Of a stretch of DNA of 64,000 nt, positions 61,301 through 64,000 are shown piece after piece. Position 1 is the stretch's first letter. Each line of letters starts with the position of its first letter. The DNA is from Gammaproteobacteria bacterium (GTDB lineage: Bacteria > Pseudomonadota > Gammaproteobacteria > Eutrophobiales > Eutrophobiaceae), in NCBI GenBank assembly GCA_965221695.1, contig OZ244905.1:544001-608000 (forward strand), read 5' to 3'. Under the pieces are notes generated by a model. That model saw nothing but the letters and a program-made list of their open reading frames with translations. It was not told where the DNA came from and ran no database searches. The position numbers and the translations under genes were made by a program.

Positions 61301-61360
61301 TCGATGTTCGAGCGCTTTGCCGGCGGCTCACACAAAGGAGTGACTGTCAAGACCGTGTGA
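58334..61360 (+). CDS. Molybdenum hydroxylase large subunit with N-terminal CoxG (SRPBCC) domain
   Basis: First ~150 aa CoxG-like; then RREDERLIKGKG, RSPYAHARI, IGGSFGNK, PNRGYSR, QGQGHETT, GQVHGG, KGMGE. Confidence 0.88.
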   Translation: MEMKFSGKFSIDRSKQDVFSLLSDPKQFAPLLPGFHSMEMKDANTAEIRARVGIGKIGGIAATELSLAGSEPPRHARYTGRGKLMQGVYRLHTSFDLEDSDAGGTLISWQGNAEVTGKILSLAGGGIRSYAEKQINQLIASLEAALSPEGAATAPAKPGGWFSRVLRGLSGVSDSETAARVEAQDVTTLPKEKQASRKRVNALLDVPHADAKPARREDERLIKGKGLFVDDFSPAGLLHMSVVRSPYAHARIVNIDVSRAEALPGVACTFTGKEVMELTDPFIQIGAGTTQEITDYALATDKVIYQGDPVVAVFAESVAIAEDAAQLVDVEYEPLEVVLDAENALTDKTVLHDETGTNTIFSGVYEYGDLDQAFAEAAHVVKIDKLHFHRFSSTALEPSACVATWDPRGEIDLFSNTIMTVPLAFLAPALRVRMDQIRLRTHDIGGSFGNKITNYPYLTLACLASRKMNGVPVKWIETRADNLIAGSVGSERTYLDTEVALNSDGVITALRSKHIDDIGAYPRYEPLGSVIWSQVLPAAYKLRNIRIDFNQVVTNKGPAAPNRGYSRLPHLWFMERVVDICSHELGIPSDEMRLMNYIEKFPYETPNGCVYDSGDFPAMLAKAKELVDWDGWKKKQADARKEGKLIGIGIGTTLDSGTNNWGQARYVNPHAPFSGNSTAARAKLDLDGTVVVSLGTFPQGQGHETTAAQVVGDVLGIPPDLVHVKTGFDSLYDSHTGQSGTYASQFAVTGLSAAHGAALKLKAEMTKLACFGLEAKEEDLEFGVGDMGPQVSVRGTDRALNYWMLANFINSNSASLPDELRDLSLNVRHVYMPPFKVPDVEKKIGNLTLTYALQLHISVVEVDPDTFLTRILDYAIVDDCGTVINPMIVEGQVHGGAAHGIGAVLLEDIAYDAEGNAIAGSFTDYAPITISSMPELKCANRQSPSPFTFHGAKGMGEGGGGPLLSLSAALQDALHGNGIIIENSHNSPMSMFERFAGGSHKGVTVKTV

Positions 61361-61377
61361 ATAATGGAGCGTCTGAT

Positions 61378-61445
61378 CTAAGGAAACTCTGACTTAATCA
61401 GAGGTTCCCTAAGAAAAATCTGACTTAATCTCAGAGCTTTCCTAA
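61378..61445. repeat. Two tandem TIR-only mini-elements with CTAA duplications
   Basis: ctaa-GGAAACTCTGACTTAATCAGAGGTTCC-ctaa-GAAAAATCTGACTTAATCTCAGAGCTTTC-ctaa. Confidence 0.78.
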
Positions 61446-62434
61446 TTAATGTAAGGCATTACCTTTTCTGCCAGGGTATTAACCACCACATCAGGATGCT
61501 TGGTAGCAATCGGCAGAACGAAGTTATTTATACCCAATTGATTTAATTCACGCAGCCGGGGGATAACCTCGTCCGGCGTGCCGGTAACGGCTACCGCGTC
61601 CAATATCCGATCGGTGATCAGCCCGGCTTGCGCGGCATCCATACTGCCATGTTGCTGATAATCGTATTTTTCCTTCATCACCTGCAGGTCTTGGAGCAGT
61701 CCGGCAGGCAGATCATCGTGCGGCACGGCCTTATAAATTGTGCTGGCTGCCACTGAGGCATAGCCACGAGCCTCGGCGCGCGCCTGCTCGCGATCGTCGG
61801 AGACGACAAAGGCCAGACGCTGATACAGTTTGATCTCGGACAACGCGCGCCCTGCAGCGCGCGCGCCGATTTCGATATTCTTTTTGGCATAGCGCGCCAG
61901 TTGCAGGTCGGCGCCGACTTGAAACAGGACTCCATCGGCTATGCGCCCGGCCAGTTGCAGTGACTTCGGGCCGGTACAGGCGATGACTACAGGCGCTTTG
62001 CGCGAGGGCCAGCTTACCTTTATATCTTGTCCGTCATGATTGGCCTCCTCGCCGGCCATCAGACGCCGGACCGTATTGATGACCTCCTCCAAGCGTTTGA
62101 GTCGGACTGGTCGCTCGCCGATGGTATGCGCGGCGCTATCCCCGACACCTACACCTAACACAGCGCGTCCGCCGGAATATTCATCCAAGGTGGCAAAACT
62201 GTGCGCCAGCACCGCAGGGTGGCGGGTAATGACATTGGTGACACCGGTGGCAAGTTCCATGCTCTCTGTGCGGTCCGCGAACAAGGTCAGAGCCATGTAA
62301 GCATCGCGAAACACGGATTGGGAGTCCGCGACCCAGATACCGCGGAAGCCCATTGCCTCGGCGCGCGCGACCCAGCCGACAAAATCTGCCAAGGGGCGAT
62401 TGGGCAGTATGCCAATATGGAATGAAGCGGGCAT
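61442..62434 (-). CDS. LLM-class (luciferase-like) oxidoreductase, Mer-like, possibly F420-dependent
   Basis: AEAMGFRGIWVADS, ATGVTNVITRHP, SGGRAVLGVGVGDS, GPKSLQLAGRIADG. Confidence 0.85.
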   Translation of the reverse strand: MPASFHIGILPNRPLADFVGWVARAEAMGFRGIWVADSQSVFRDAYMALTLFADRTESMELATGVTNVITRHPAVLAHSFATLDEYSGGRAVLGVGVGDSAAHTIGERPVRLKRLEEVINTVRRLMAGEEANHDGQDIKVSWPSRKAPVVIACTGPKSLQLAGRIADGVLFQVGADLQLARYAKKNIEIGARAAGRALSEIKLYQRLAFVVSDDREQARAEARGYASVAASTIYKAVPHDDLPAGLLQDLQVMKEKYDYQQHGSMDAAQAGLITDRILDAVAVTGTPDEVIPRLRELNQLGINNFVLPIATKHPDVVVNTLAEKVMPYIN

Positions 62435-62448
62435 GGATGGGTATTCGG

Positions 62449-64000
62449 TTACCTGGCGCTCACTTCCACCCAGGCGTCGTAGGCAGCCTGGCCAACGCTA
62501 AATGGCAACAGGTTGACGGCGCTGTCGGGCACACAGCGGGCGCCGGAGGTGAGGCTGTTTGCGTCCGGCCAACCATCGTGCATCCATACCGTGCCTGGCA
62601 AGACGTCATCTGTCACTCGGGCAAACGCCTCGCATTCCCCGCGCTCGTTATGCAGCTTGATGGGCATGCCATCGGTGAGACCTCGTTCCGCCGCATCCGC
62701 AGTCGATATCCATAGCATAGGCCCAGGTTCCAACCTGTCGATCGAAGGCAGCGCCCGGCCATGGTCGTAGAAGGCATGAAAATGGGTCAGCGCCCGTCCA
62801 TTGCGTAGTTCCAGCGGATACGCCGACCCCGAGCGCGGCCGGTACTCGGGCAACGCCGGCAAGCCGTGTTGTGCGGCGCGTTCCGAATAGAATTCCAGTT
62901 TGCCGGAAGGAGTTGCGTAACGGTGGTCCGGGTGAGCCACATGGGAGATATTCAATTCTCCTATGCCGCCGTTTGCGCGCAAGGACTCGACCGTGGCATG
63001 ACCGGTTGCGGGATGATCCAGCGTTGCATCGATATGACCATGTTTGCTCTCCCACGGGTAGAAATTCCTGATATTCAGACGTTGTGCCAGGTCCTTAAGA
63101 AAATCCGCCATACTGCGGGTCTCGCCGGGTGCAGGCAATGCCTGGTCCATCAGGTACAGGTGGGTATGGGTACCCTTAACACCGGTGTCTTCCAGCCATG
63201 ATGTGGCAGGTAGAACCACATGCGCGTGCTTCCGGATCATGTCGTTCATAAACAGGTCATAGCTAACGACCAGTTCCATTTTCTCAAGGCCGTATTCCAA
63301 CCGCTTTGCATCTGCAAAAGACGACAGCATGTTGGTCCCCAGCAGCAGAAAAGCGCGAATCCGGCTCTGTTCTATGGCCTCCAGAATAGCGGGCATCTGG
63401 TTGGGTATGTAGTCGCCCGGCGGACGCTCTTCAAAATTGATGATGTGGTTGGTAGCGAAGCCATGAGAAGGAGCTGCATGGCGCGGGCCCAGGCCGCAGC
63501 CGGGCTTGCCGGACTTACCGGTAAGCGCCGGCAGGCAGGAAACCGTTCGCGCGGCCTGCCAGCCATTTTGATCCTTGTACAGGGAACTGCCACCCAGTAG
63601 GATCATGGCCCGTTCGATTCCTGCGTAAGCGCGGGCAAACTCGATGATACGAGCCGGTTCCAGACCGGTGATCGTCCCGGCCCAGGCCGGTGGACATTCC
63701 TGAACATGCTCGCTTAGCTGGGCAAACCCCGTGGTATGTTGTTCAATGAAGTCACGATCATGCAAGTCATCGGTGATGATCTGATACATCATGGCCAACG
63801 CAAGCGCTGCGTCCGTGCCTGGCTTGATCAGAAAATACTCGTCAGCGAGCCTGCAAGACTCGCTCATGCGCACATCAATAGCGATCAACTTGGCTCCGCG
63901 CCGCCGGGCCGCGGCAATGTGGCGTCCGGTATTGGGCTGGCTGGCCAGGTTCGCGCCCCAGAGGATAATCAGATCCGAATTTTTACCCATATCCTCCTTG
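62449..64000 (-). CDS. Molybdopterin (bis-PGD) oxidoreductase, 3' part; 5' end outside window
   Basis: ILWGAN, IKPGTDAALALAM, DLFMND..AHVVLPA, C-terminal molybdopterin dinucleotide-binding domain; frame stays open to the window edge. Confidence 0.88.
   Translation of the reverse strand, partial: KEDMGKNSDLIILWGANLASQPNTGRHIAAARRRGAKLIAIDVRMSESCRLADEYFLIKPGTDAALALAMMYQIITDDLHDRDFIEQHTTGFAQLSEHVQECPPAWAGTITGLEPARIIEFARAYAGIERAMILLGGSSLYKDQNGWQAARTVSCLPALTGKSGKPGCGLGPRHAAPSHGFATNHIINFEERPPGDYIPNQMPAILEAIEQSRIRAFLLLGTNMLSSFADAKRLEYGLEKMELVVSYDLFMNDMIRKHAHVVLPATSWLEDTGVKGTHTHLYLMDQALPAPGETRSMADFLKDLAQRLNIRNFYPWESKHGHIDATLDHPATGHATVESLRANGGIGELNISHVAHPDHRYATPSGKLEFYSERAAQHGLPALPEYRPRSGSAYPLELRNGRALTHFHAFYDHGRALPSIDRLEPGPMLWISTADAAERGLTDGMPIKLHNERGECEAFARVTDDVLPGTVWMHDGWPDANSLTSGARCVPDSAVNLLPFSVGQAAYDAWVEVSAR

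Noticed and set aside
56953-61360. Aerobic CO dehydrogenase (coxMSL)
   Set aside because: The order is M-S-L but the Cu-binding AYxCSFR motif is absent

Overview
Chromosomal window from a moderately GC-rich gammaproteobacterium with one-carbon (methylotrophy-type) genes. The backbone is conserved housekeeping: the start of a type II secretion operon (gspD-F-H-I), Yej and Opp peptide ABC transporters, fabI, ppiD, lon-clpX-clpP-tig, eight tRNAs, cysS, lpxH, ampDE, nadC, and metH behind an SAH riboswitch. Accessory content includes (i) an islet between tRNA-Lys and tRNA-Leu, (ii) a C1 module of a MoxY-like two-component system, divergent fchA and mtdA, a TonB-dependent receptor with a 55-aa Asp/His repeat tract, and folE, (iii) a small islet at tRNA-Thr with a deleted hicA, (iv) orphan napGH plus an acidic outer-membrane barrel, and (v) a molybdenum hydroxylase with a CoxG-large subunit fusion, converging on an LLM oxidoreductase and a molybdopterin oxidoreductase. 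Intergenic DNA holds several repeat families, notably a ~150-bp multi-hairpin element with IS5-like ends that shows compensatory base changes between copies. All product calls come from motif recognition by eye; no database search was run.
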